Under the pieces are notes generated by a model. That model ran no database searches, was not told the origin of the DNA, and saw only the letters and a list, made by a program, of their open reading frames with translations. A DNA stretch of 64,000 nt from Theionarchaea archaeon (lineage in GTDB: Archaea; Methanobacteriota_B; Thermococci; Methanofastidiosales; SZ-28-30). A program made the position numbers and the translations under genes. Location: the NCBI GenBank assembly GCA_018992685.1, contig JACVGT010000009.1, positions 1 through 64,000 on the forward strand, read 5' to 3'. Shown here piece after piece: positions 1-9,010 of this stretch; within the stretch, counting starts at the first letter, position 1; each line of letters starts with the position of its first letter.

Positions 1-435
1 TCGCTGTCGGTTTTCTCCAACCTGGGTCTGCAGCAGGACCCAAGGGTGGGGTTGTTCGCCCATCAAAGGAGAACATGAGCTGGGTTTAGATCGTCGTGAG
101 ACAGATTGGATGCTATCTGTTGGGAGTGTCGGGTGTCTGAGGGAAAGGTAGCCCCAGTACGAAAGGAACAGGCCGCCGTGGCCTCTTGTGGATCGGTTGT
201 CTGACAAGGCACTGCCGAGTAGCTACGCCATAGTGGATAAAGGCTGAAAGCATCTAAGCCTGAAGCCACTCCTAAAAAGAGACACCCATTCTCCTGTCAT
301 ATGGTGGGGCCGGTGACGGCAACGCCGACAGGGGACGAAGGCCCCCATAAAAGATGGGGTTGATAGGCTGGGGGTGTAAGCTGCGAGCTTCGGCGAGCAG
401 TTCAGCCCACCAGTACTAATAGCCTGAGGTGCCCA
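1..435 (+). rRNA. rrl: 23S rRNA, 3' portion (domains V-VI; runs off the window start)
   Basis: Conserved LSU motifs: GAGCTGGGTTTAGA..GTCGTGAGACAG, sarcin-ricin loop AGTACGAAAGGAAC, GCTGAAAGCATCTAAG, GTTGATAGGCTGGGGGTGTAAG..TACTAAT. The 3' end is approximate. Confidence 0.97.
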
Positions 436-551
436 GTTTCTGAAATAGTCGGGTCAAGCGACAGGTACAGCAACGTGTGCATGACTATCGTACGTTACAT
501 TTATAAGAACAGGCTCCTGAGAAAATATGATACTGTTGAGGTGAGAAGCAA

Positions 552-908
552 ATGGGTACAGAAATGAACTGCTTTCGGCCAATTAGGTCTCCTGAAGTCG
601 CGATCCTTGAGTTGATATTTGCAGCTGAAGAGAGAGGAGACCCTATAGACTATACAGAACTTCTAGAGAAAACAAGTGGACATATCTCTTCTACTACTGT
701 CAGTAAATCAATTGATGTTCTCTTTGATCTTGACGTACTCTCAGCTGAATGGAGAAAGGGGAAAAGAGTCTTCTGCGTTGGACATGAAGCAAAAGAGGTT
801 GCAAGAGAGGTACTTAAGGAAACCCCATCTGCTTATGCCTATTACGAGAACATTGAAATAGACAAGAATTACTATGATGAACCTCTTAATATAGACAGAA
901 ATCTATGA
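552..908 (+). CDS. Small winged-helix DNA-binding protein
   Basis: GAGGTGA SD and upstream TTTATAA; pattern YTELLEKT..ISSTTVSKSIDVLFDLDVL..W..GKRVF fits a wHTH. Confidence 0.7.
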   Translation: MGTEMNCFRPIRSPEVAILELIFAAEERGDPIDYTELLEKTSGHISSTTVSKSIDVLFDLDVLSAEWRKGKRVFCVGHEAKEVAREVLKETPSAYAYYENIEIDKNYYDEPLNIDRNL

Positions 909-2239
909 TCTCTAGGAGATTCGTCTACTGAAATTACTCTTTCGTTAGCAGTCTTTTTGATTTCATTGTTTACTCTTTCTCTCAGAGGAACGTCATACTT
1001 GGACTCAATCTTATCCCAACCAGCATCGACAACTTTCAGTTGAATGTTTGATTTTTCTAGTTCGGGCACGAATTCATCTATGAAGAGTTTAAGAAATTCG
1101 AACTTGGCGTCCATGTGCCCACATTCTTGGCATGTAATCTCCTTTTCTTCAACCATCTTTCTATCAGATATCTTCTTTGTGAAAAGACGGAAATTCCGAA
1201 GGAATTTCCATCGACTCTTGTCGAAATCCCTCCTGTTTCTGAGCAAACACATTCTATCGTTCATTCCTTCTGGTTTTCTGGAAAGAGCAGCTCCAAAATC
1301 CATCACAACAGGCACCAGATAAAGAAGATTCTTGTCTAGATTCACGAACATCCGCATTTTGAAGAGCATCCTATCTTTGAGACGAATGTATGGACATGGG
1401 GGTTGCCTTTCCACATGTGTATGGGGGTATTCAACAGAAATCTTCAGCATATTCCTGTTCCAAGCATCTGTATTGACTATGAATGAACTGTCAGACAGGC
1501 TCTTAGCAATTTCCCAGAAGTCAAAAATGGACTTTGCTCCTTCGACGATGCACTCCACATAGAAATGATCTTTGTCGACTGGCATAAAAGTGCGCCCCAT
1601 ATGGCTACAAATCTGTCTGCCGTATATTGTGTTGAATTCCTCCTGATTCTTATATGTGGTTTCCGGATGGATAAGGATTGAATGCTTTGCCCATTTCCTC
1701 TTCCTGGACATTTTTTCTGTAAAATCCTCTAGTTTGCGAATACCGTTATCAGTACCTGCGATATAGTAGAACGCTCGAATATTTCTTATGTTGGTTTTTT
1801 GTATTGTTTTCAGAACATCGATTGTGTGCTGTGCAGTGCGTATACCATCGTCAAAAATCGCTACCTTCTTTCCACTGTAGTCGTAATCAAGAACATAACT
1901 GCTCTTCATTATCTTTATTTCGGGCTGTGCAAGTTCTTTATATTCGTTCATCTTTTCTCTCATTATGGTTGTACCAGTCAGGTCCACTGTCACAAGAACG
2001 TCGATTTTGTCAAGAATCGGAATGATCTGTTCTTCTATCAGCTTATTTATTGTCCTGTTGAGTTCGTCACGATCGATGCTAGCGTAAAAGTAGTCAAAGA
2101 TTGTCTTGTCTGGATTACGGCATTCAACATTTTCGAAAGCTGAAAAGACTTCATCAAGGTACTTGAGTGCTTCTTCTGTTCCCTTTCTTCTGCCTAGGTT
2201 CAACGCTATTTCGAGAATATCTTCTTTTCGACTGATCAT
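872..2239 (-). CDS. Phosphoribosyltransferase-fold protein with a long unknown C-terminal domain
   Basis: 455 aa; PRPP-loop-like GKKVAIFDDGIRTAQHT preceded by DVLVTVDLTG; CQECGH near the C-terminus. Confidence 0.7.
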   Translation of the reverse strand: MISRKEDILEIALNLGRRKGTEEALKYLDEVFSAFENVECRNPDKTIFDYFYASIDRDELNRTINKLIEEQIIPILDKIDVLVTVDLTGTTIMREKMNEYKELAQPEIKIMKSSYVLDYDYSGKKVAIFDDGIRTAQHTIDVLKTIQKTNIRNIRAFYYIAGTDNGIRKLEDFTEKMSRKRKWAKHSILIHPETTYKNQEEFNTIYGRQICSHMGRTFMPVDKDHFYVECIVEGAKSIFDFWEIAKSLSDSSFIVNTDAWNRNMLKISVEYPHTHVERQPPCPYIRLKDRMLFKMRMFVNLDKNLLYLVPVVMDFGAALSRKPEGMNDRMCLLRNRRDFDKSRWKFLRNFRLFTKKISDRKMVEEKEITCQECGHMDAKFEFLKLFIDEFVPELEKSNIQLKVVDAGWDKIESKYDVPLRERVNNEIKKTANERVISVDESPRDHRFLSILRGSS

Positions 2240-2832
2240 AGGTCATCATTCCCTCTGTGCTGCGCGTGGTCTTCAGCTCCATCTTTGGTTCTGGAAGGAC
2301 TATTGGCTTCCCTAATGAGATTATAGATGGCGATTTCTATGTCACGATCCGATTTGAGTGGTCGGGCTTCTCTAATGAATGACGATATCCACTCTTCTTC
2401 CTTTTCTCCCACAATCCCTACTTCGAGTGACAATTTTTTCCACAGAGATTTTTCAATTAGTCTTCCCAGTAGAAAACAGGAGGATTTTATGAGTCCTGGG
2501 ATGCAATTCCTTTCTGATTTTTCATTATCTGACAGTAGTCGACACTCTCTTAGGAATACTGAATCAACCAAAATAAGATGAGGCGTAGATTCTGATCTGC
2601 AGAGTCTTTTGATTTCTTCGCTTGCATTCACTGGATCATGAATTTCCAGAAAGCGCACATCGATAGGTATTATCAAGGTGTTCTTTGGAGATCTTTTCTT
2701 AAATTCCCTAGACATTCGACTTCTCATTTCTGTGATGTCAGTCTCAAAAGGTTTCCATCTCCTGTCCCTTGAACAACTGTCCGGAGACATTACAAGAATA
2801 TAAGATCTCTCACTTGAGTAGTTGACTGTCAT
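2236..2832 (-). CDS. Hypothetical protein, possible degenerate receiver-like alpha/beta domain
   Basis: GGAGG SD before the ATG at 2832; YILVMSPD...PHLILVD resembles receiver strands beta1 and beta3; 4-nt overlap with the PRTase gene. Confidence 0.55.
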   Translation of the reverse strand: MTVNYSSERSYILVMSPDSCSRDRRWKPFETDITEMRSRMSREFKKRSPKNTLIIPIDVRFLEIHDPVNASEEIKRLCRSESTPHLILVDSVFLRECRLLSDNEKSERNCIPGLIKSSCFLLGRLIEKSLWKKLSLEVGIVGEKEEEWISSFIREARPLKSDRDIEIAIYNLIREANSPSRTKDGAEDHAQHRGNDDL

Positions 2833-3637
2833 TTTTTCTCCTCCAATCTTTTCCAGAGAATGTTTTGTAGAGATTTCGGACGGCAACTGTTTCTCCTATC
2901 AGAAAGTCTCGGGGTTCTTCTTCACAGCACACATATTCGACCTCGTGGTATGCTTGGTTTCTCAGGCAGTTCTTAAAAAACCTGCTAGCAATGTTCATGC
3001 TTTCAATAGCATCCTCACTCTGCAAGAATCCTTCAGCATCTTCAAAGCGTTTGTTGCTTTCAAGGCACTTCTTTGAAGACTCTAGGTTGAGCCCAAGGGC
3101 ACGTACTATTTCCTCGCTGAGTTCTTGATTACAAATAGCCTCAATATTGTGAACGAATTTCTCCATGTTGTGCTGTGTGACTGTATAATCCAGGTTAGAT
3201 TCCCTGAATATTGCAGCCTTTTCGTTGATGAATACAGACAGTATTCCCAAGGAAACTGCAGGGAAGTAATACGTTAGGATCAACATACCTGTTCTACGAC
3301 ATGTTTGCCAAAGACATGTGTTAGCACCCATGTCTACGGCTATGAGAACAAGAGGAATCACAGCAATTAGAGGAATTGAAATGAATTTGACTAGGAAAAT
3401 AACAACATCTCTCGTTTTTAAGATGTTTCCATTTATCATTCTTTGTGAAATGGTTGACTTAAATACTAAAACATCAAGAAAGAATACCCCGATGAAACCC
3501 ACGAGAAGTAATGGATTAGAAACTATGATTGAATGAATGGAATTCAAGGCATATAGCGCGGGAATTCCCACTAAGGGAGAAAAAAGAATAGAGTTCACAT
3601 ACTTCCATCTTCGAACCTTCAATGTGTATACCTCCAT
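2810..3637 (-). CDS. Membrane protein (about 4 TM helices plus a soluble helical C-terminal domain)
   Basis: Four hydrophobic segments in the N-terminal half; TTTATAA about 25 nt upstream of the ATG at 3637; overlaps the next gene. Confidence 0.65.
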   Translation of the reverse strand: MEVYTLKVRRWKYVNSILFSPLVGIPALYALNSIHSIIVSNPLLLVGFIGVFFLDVLVFKSTISQRMINGNILKTRDVVIFLVKFISIPLIAVIPLVLIAVDMGANTCLWQTCRRTGMLILTYYFPAVSLGILSVFINEKAAIFRESNLDYTVTQHNMEKFVHNIEAICNQELSEEIVRALGLNLESSKKCLESNKRFEDAEGFLQSEDAIESMNIASRFFKNCLRNQAYHEVEYVCCEEEPRDFLIGETVAVRNLYKTFSGKDWRRKNDSQLLK

Positions 3638-4610
3638 CTTCTCTTGCAAGTATACTATTCTTATAAATTTTTCGGTTTTAGCCGTTACTTCTACAAGTAA
3701 AAAATTACTGCACATTATTGTGAACTTCGCAATATTTCTCTGATTCCGGAGAGGCATCTGTTTCGGCCTTTAGTAATCGTTTAATCTCTTTCGTCGTCTA
3801 TCATATTTGCGCGTGGCAGTGGACTTAGATTTTTACTTCACGTTCTGAAAGAAACTTAGGAATCTGGAAATTCATTTAATATTCTCCCCCAATTCTTAGG
3901 TTGTAACTTCTGAACTCAGTTTTTGTGATAGATTGTATGATTGTTCCATTTGACACTTAGATGGTTTAAATTTATCGATTCGGTCAAAGCATTTGGATGA
4001 TCCAAACAAAGTAGAAAGGGAGGAGGAGAAGAGGAGCACAGGAAAGGAGGTGTTAAAAGCTAAAGGCCAGGCTCTGGGGCCTCTAACCAGAAAGATATTG
4101 AAAAGAAGTGAGAGAGAAGCTAATTCTCCATATTAGGGACTCTTGCCGCAGGAAATTACAAATAGAAGGAAGATTTACCAGTATGTTACCAAGATAATAA
4201 GGAAGAGGACATTACAGCATTTGCACCTTCCAACGGACTGGATTGCTAGAGGGATCAGAGGACATCCTTGATGTTATACTTGACGATATCATACGGAATT
4301 TCTGTGTCGAAAACGTATCCAATAGTTTGAATCAAAGGAAGCCAAGAACGGTTAAGCGATTGGATATTGTGATTGAATCACTGCGGAATGGAGACACGAT
4401 ACATCTTCAACCATCCCGTGAAATTGCTTGCAGACTGTCAGAAAACTTTCAAGAAGGAGAAAGCACCTCCTCGAGCACAGGACGAGTTGAATCCATGAGA
4501 ACTCCTTCTTTTGTGTGAGCTCCTTCTTGGGTAGCCCCTACTCAGGTGATTTGAGTGGTCCTTCCACACATAATCTTTTTAAGCCGATATAAATTCTAAG
4601 CAGTGAGGAG

Positions 4611-5663
4611 ATGCTCATGCGTACCATGTATGACCATATTGAGAAAATCAGGCAACATAACCCTGAAATACGCCTGGACATTGGTCAGCCCGATCTTCCT
4701 GTGGATCAGCGAATTATTGAAGCTACAGTGGAAGCCCTGCGGGCTGGCAAAACCAGATATACCTCCGCATATGGTATCACCCAGTTGCGAGAGGCTCTGG
4801 CCGAACTTCACAACGTATCAACTGATCAGGTTCTCATCACTGTGGGAGGAAAACTACCCATCTATGCTGCCATATACCTGAGTGGGAAAGCAGCAGTCAT
4901 TCACCCTGGATGGCCCGCATATGAGGAAAATCTGGAGTTTCTCAAGAAGCCCTATACCACGATTCACGCCACTTTCGAGGACCAGTTTTGCCCCTCCTTT
5001 GAATTGCTGGACAGCACATTCGACCTCATTCTTACCAACTATCCCAACAATCCCACGGGGACCGTTCTCTCCCGGGCCAAGATGAAAGAACTGGTGGATC
5101 TGTGCAATGACCATCAGATCACGTTGCTGGCAGACGAAATCTACTCGTTCCTGGTCTATGACGACTTTGTCTCTTTCATGGAATTCGACTGTGAAGATCT
5201 CATCTACATTGGAAGTTTCTCCAAGAGTTTTTCCATGACTGGTTACAGACTGGGATACGTTGTTTCCAGTCCTCAGTGGATACGGAAACTCGAAGATTTC
5301 CAGGTGCACACTGTTACCTGTTCTGTAGAATTCGCTCAATGGGCTGCTCTCAAAGCACTGACCCTCAGAGAGGAAATCAACAGCAAGGCTCATGATATCT
5401 ACGTGAGCCGGAAAAAGGCCACAGAGAAGGCACTTGCTGGTATTGGGGTGCCTTTTGTTCCCTGTCAGGGTGCGTTCTATTTATTCCCCAAGATCCAGGT
5501 AGACAGTGAATTGTTTGGTGAAGAACTTCTCAAGGAGGGTGTTTCAGTCATTCCTGGAGTCTTCTTCGGAGACTATTCACATCACTTCAGACTTTCTCTG
5601 GTCAGCGACAGGATGGAGGAGGCAGTTAGCAGGATGGGTGCAGTCCTGGAAAGACTTACCTGA
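4611..5663 (+). CDS. PLP-dependent aminotransferase class I/II (aspartate aminotransferase-like)
   Basis: GQPD, NYPNNPTG, DEIY and SFSKSFSMTGYRLG motifs. Confidence 0.93.
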   Translation: MLMRTMYDHIEKIRQHNPEIRLDIGQPDLPVDQRIIEATVEALRAGKTRYTSAYGITQLREALAELHNVSTDQVLITVGGKLPIYAAIYLSGKAAVIHPGWPAYEENLEFLKKPYTTIHATFEDQFCPSFELLDSTFDLILTNYPNNPTGTVLSRAKMKELVDLCNDHQITLLADEIYSFLVYDDFVSFMEFDCEDLIYIGSFSKSFSMTGYRLGYVVSSPQWIRKLEDFQVHTVTCSVEFAQWAALKALTLREEINSKAHDIYVSRKKATEKALAGIGVPFVPCQGAFYLFPKIQVDSELFGEELLKEGVSVIPGVFFGDYSHHFRLSLVSDRMEEAVSRMGAVLERLT

Positions 5664-5798
5664 TCTCTCATTAAGGACTGGAAGAGAATCTCTAGTGGGC
5701 ACGTGGGCAGGAACCACGGGACATGTTCCATACTATGATTGTACTCTCCCCTGTGCACCACGCACAATGCATTTATAGATGGAACCCGACCGGTATCA

Positions 5799-6476
5799 AT
5801 GCATGTACTCATAGATTACCGGGAAATCACTGTCCAGTCGTTGCTCATGTCCCTGTCAGGCATGAAAACTCCGCCTGTCCACGTTGAAGTAGCTCACCTG
5901 CCTCTTGGTGACTTCTTTTTGGTTTCCAAGGACACAGGAGTGCTCATTGAACGTAAGTCCACCTCTGATTTCATTTCTTCTCTGAGGTCCAGCAGACTGT
6001 GGGATCAGTTGCTGCGCTTCATGAAAGCCTCTACCTTGCTGGGCCATCCACTGAAACAGAAATTGCTCATCGTCCATGGTACCTTTGACCGTGAACCTCC
6101 TGTGTCCTGGCCACAGATCATGGGAGCGTACATGGAAATCCTGTTTGTATATGACATTCCTCTTATTGTCTGTGAAGATGATGAAGCACTCTACCAGTGT
6201 TTGAGAATTCTGATCAAGCGGGAAGCTCAGGGGAAGAATGAGGTACTCCCTGGTTCACACTGGTTCAGAAAACACTGCTCCCCCTCGTTACCGGAAATGG
6301 ATCTCAGACGGTATGTACTGGCATCAATCCCCTCCATTGGCGATGTCCTGGCGGAGAATTTACTGGATCACTTTGGTACAATTGCGGCAGTGGCACATGC
6401 TACAGAAAAGCAGCTGCGGCGAGTAGAAGGTGTTGGCAAGAAAAAAGCCGAGAAAATCCACAGCATCTTTCACTGA
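5799..6476 (+). CDS. xpf: Short XPF/ERCC4 structure-specific endonuclease with HhH2
   Basis: IDYRE, GDF, ERKSTSD nuclease motif; C-terminal IPSIG and VEGVGKKKA HhH; start set at MHVLIDYRE. Confidence 0.88.
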   Translation: MHVLIDYREITVQSLLMSLSGMKTPPVHVEVAHLPLGDFFLVSKDTGVLIERKSTSDFISSLRSSRLWDQLLRFMKASTLLGHPLKQKLLIVHGTFDREPPVSWPQIMGAYMEILFVYDIPLIVCEDDEALYQCLRILIKREAQGKNEVLPGSHWFRKHCSPSLPEMDLRRYVLASIPSIGDVLAENLLDHFGTIAAVAHATEKQLRRVEGVGKKKAEKIHSIFH

Positions 6477-6513
6477 CCATAACTTTTCCCTGGCAAAACA
6501 GTCGTATCTACGC

Positions 6514-6900
6514 TCATTCTTCCTTGAATTCTGCGGGCTTGCAGATATCACAGCCCTCAAGCGTCACCATGTCTTGATGGATCTGACAGAAGGCCTCAGA
6601 CTCACGCATCTTTGTACACAACCTGCACACTGAATGAAGAACGGCAGCCCTGGGCATGTGATTCATAGCTATCTTTTCTGCAATCCCTTTTACTGCTTCA
6701 TCAAATCCTTCTATTACTGTAAATCTGTCTTCTTTCGCTCTCTCCACGTGCAGATACTGACTCACAGAGGCCTGCGTGATCCCCACAGCTTCTGCAATAT
6801 CTGTCTGTTTCATGTGATAGGTCTCAGACAGTTCTCTGACGATAGCAGCTCGTAAGGATGGGAGAAGCTCCTTCACTGCCAGTTCACAGGGAGGCTTCAT
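6514..6900 (-). CDS. HTH regulator with Cys/His cluster (stand-alone ThiR N-terminal-like, COG2522 type)
   Basis: MKPPCE..LLPSLRA..QTDIAEAVGITQASVSQYL; CRLC, C..H and CDIC. Confidence 0.85.
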   Translation of the reverse strand: MKPPCELAVKELLPSLRAAIVRELSETYHMKQTDIAEAVGITQASVSQYLHVERAKEDRFTVIEGFDEAVKGIAEKIAMNHMPRAAVLHSVCRLCTKMRESEAFCQIHQDMVTLEGCDICKPAEFKEE

Positions 6901-6930
6901 ATCTCTAATTCGGAAATGCTTATATATAAG

Positions 6931-6945
6931 TATAACGGTGTTATA
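6931..6945. promoter_or_regulatory. Perfect palindromic operator TATAAC-GGT-GTTATA between the TATA box and the nadA start
   Basis: Read directly; TTATATATAA at 6920-6929, nadA ATG at 6948. Confidence 0.7.
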
Positions 6946-6947
6946 TC

Positions 6948-7823
6948 ATGGATACCATAATCCTGGCTCACAACTACCAGAGACCCGAAGTTCAAGATAG
7001 AGCTGATTATACAGGTGATTCGTTGAGACTCTGTCAGATTGCCCGTGATGTTGAATGTAAGGATATCGTTTTCTGCGGAGTCGACTTCATGGCAGAGACT
7101 GCAGCCATCTTGAACCCTGAGAAGCGGGTCTTCATGCCAGACCCTTTGAGTCAATGTCCCATGGCCCATCAGGTTACTTCAGAGGACATCATCCAGGCCA
7201 AGAGCCTGTATCCTGATGCGGCAGTGGTGGCATACGTTAACACAATGGCAGCAGTGAAAGCAGTCTCGGACACCATCTGCACGTCGGCCAATGCCGTCTC
7301 CATCGTTTCCCACCTGGACACAGACACGATACTGTTTACTCCAGACAGGAATCTGGGCAGCTACGTCAGACGGTTCACAGACAAGGAGATAGTGATTGTT
7401 CCAGAAGGTGGTAACTGTCCTACTCACCACCAGCTTGTGGCTGAAGATGTTCTTCTGATGAAAGAGAGGCATCCACTGGCCAAGGTGGCTGTCCATCCTG
7501 AGTGTAGACCTGAAGTAATTGACTTGGCAGATTACGTTGGAGGAACAGAAGGAATTCTCAATTACGTGAAGAATTCCGATTATCAAGAATTCATTATTGG
7601 CACTGAGAATGGAATGCTGTATAAGATCCGGAACCAATGTGCGGGGAAGATTGTTCACGCTCTTTCTACCTACACGGTTTGTCCCAACATGAAGATGACG
7701 ACTGTGGAACGTCTGGAAAGAGTCCTCAGAGAAAAGCCAGGCGAGAATGTGGTCGCTGTTGATCCAGATGTGGCTCGGAAAGCAAAAAAGGCTATCGATG
7801 CAATGTTTGAGTTGATGAAATGA
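6948..7823 (+). CDS. nadA: Quinolinate synthase
   Basis: ILAHNYQ, CGVDFMAE, CPMA, YVNT, CTSAN, HPEC and CPNMK motifs. Confidence 0.97.
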   Translation: MDTIILAHNYQRPEVQDRADYTGDSLRLCQIARDVECKDIVFCGVDFMAETAAILNPEKRVFMPDPLSQCPMAHQVTSEDIIQAKSLYPDAAVVAYVNTMAAVKAVSDTICTSANAVSIVSHLDTDTILFTPDRNLGSYVRRFTDKEIVIVPEGGNCPTHHQLVAEDVLLMKERHPLAKVAVHPECRPEVIDLADYVGGTEGILNYVKNSDYQEFIIGTENGMLYKIRNQCAGKIVHALSTYTVCPNMKMTTVERLERVLREKPGENVVAVDPDVARKAKKAIDAMFELMK

Positions 7824-9010
7824 GGATCCCCGATGAAGTGAGAGCCGATATTCCATTGACCCGAAAGGTAGCGTATTTGGACAATGCAGCTACAAGTCTG
7901 ACTCCTGCCCCAGTGGTGGAGGCTGTTGTCCGATACTACATGGAATACAAAGGGAATGTGCACAGGGGTGTTCATTCCCTGTCAGAAGAAGCTTCCCGGG
8001 CCTTTCATGAGGCACGCGAGAAGGTGGCTCACTTCATCAATGCGTCTCCTGAGGAGGTGGTCTTTGTGGGGAACACCACAGAGGCCCTGAACTGCGTGGC
8101 TCTGGGGCTGACTTTTGACCCCGGCGACATAGTGGTGACCACAGAACTGGAGCACCATTCTAATTTTCTTCCTTTTCTCAGGCTGCAAAATCGAGGCGTT
8201 ACCATGAAAGTTCTGGAAGCTGTACCTCCAGGTGTCCTGGACGGAGAACAGATGGAGAAAATCCAGGGAGCTCACCTGGTTACCTGCAGCATGATATCCA
8301 ATGCGATGGGTACTGTCCTCCCTGTGCAGGAGATTGGTGCAGCGGCCAGAAAGGAAGGGGCGCTATTTTGTGTGGATGCAGCTCAGGCTGCAGGACACGT
8401 CCCTTTGGATGTGAGAAAGTTGGGCTGTGACTTTCTTGCGTTTTCAGGCCACAAGGGCCCCATGGGCCCGACAGGCATTGGAGTGCTCTTCATGAAAGAA
8501 CGTGTTCAGAACCAGATGGAACCCTGTTTTCTGGGAGGAGGAGCAGTCAAGGACGTTTCTCTGTCAGGCTATCAGCTGGCAGATGTTCCTCACGGGTTTG
8601 AACCAGGAACTCCAAACATTGCAGGAGCTATCGGGTTGGGCGCTGCTTTGGACTACATTCGAAAAATCGGTATTTCTCACGTACAGAAACAGGAGGCCCT
8701 GCTCACCAGACTGACTGTGGATGAGTTCTCTAGTATCCCTCATGTGACATGGTACGGTTCTCGTGAACTGGAGACTCATGCAGGAGTCATTTCCTTTACA
8801 GTCGAGGGCATGAACTCTCATGATGTGGCGTCCATACTGGACACCCATGGGATCATGGTTCGTTCAGGCCATCATTGTGCCCTTCCCATAATGAAGAAGC
8901 TCTGTATTCCGGGGACAGTCAGAGCGTCCTACCACTGCTATAACACAGTGCAGGAAGTGGAGCTGATGGTTGACATCGTGAGAGAGGTTTCCAGGACTCT
9001 TGCAGGGTGA
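7820..9010 (+). CDS. sufS: Cysteine desulfurase, SufS type
   Basis: YLDNAAT, EHHSN, FSGHK, GTPNIAG and RSGHHCA motifs. Confidence 0.93.
   Translation: MRIPDEVRADIPLTRKVAYLDNAATSLTPAPVVEAVVRYYMEYKGNVHRGVHSLSEEASRAFHEAREKVAHFINASPEEVVFVGNTTEALNCVALGLTFDPGDIVVTTELEHHSNFLPFLRLQNRGVTMKVLEAVPPGVLDGEQMEKIQGAHLVTCSMISNAMGTVLPVQEIGAAARKEGALFCVDAAQAAGHVPLDVRKLGCDFLAFSGHKGPMGPTGIGVLFMKERVQNQMEPCFLGGGAVKDVSLSGYQLADVPHGFEPGTPNIAGAIGLGAALDYIRKIGISHVQKQEALLTRLTVDEFSSIPHVTWYGSRELETHAGVISFTVEGMNSHDVASILDTHGIMVRSGHHCALPIMKKLCIPGTVRASYHCYNTVQEVELMVDIVREVSRTLAG

Noticed and set aside
63-269. 68-aa minus-strand ORF
   Set aside because: It is antisense to the 23S rRNA.
4243-4518. 91-aa ORF in the spacer after the island
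   Set aside because: TTG start, no recognisable motif or SD; it may be a decayed remnant but cannot be supported.
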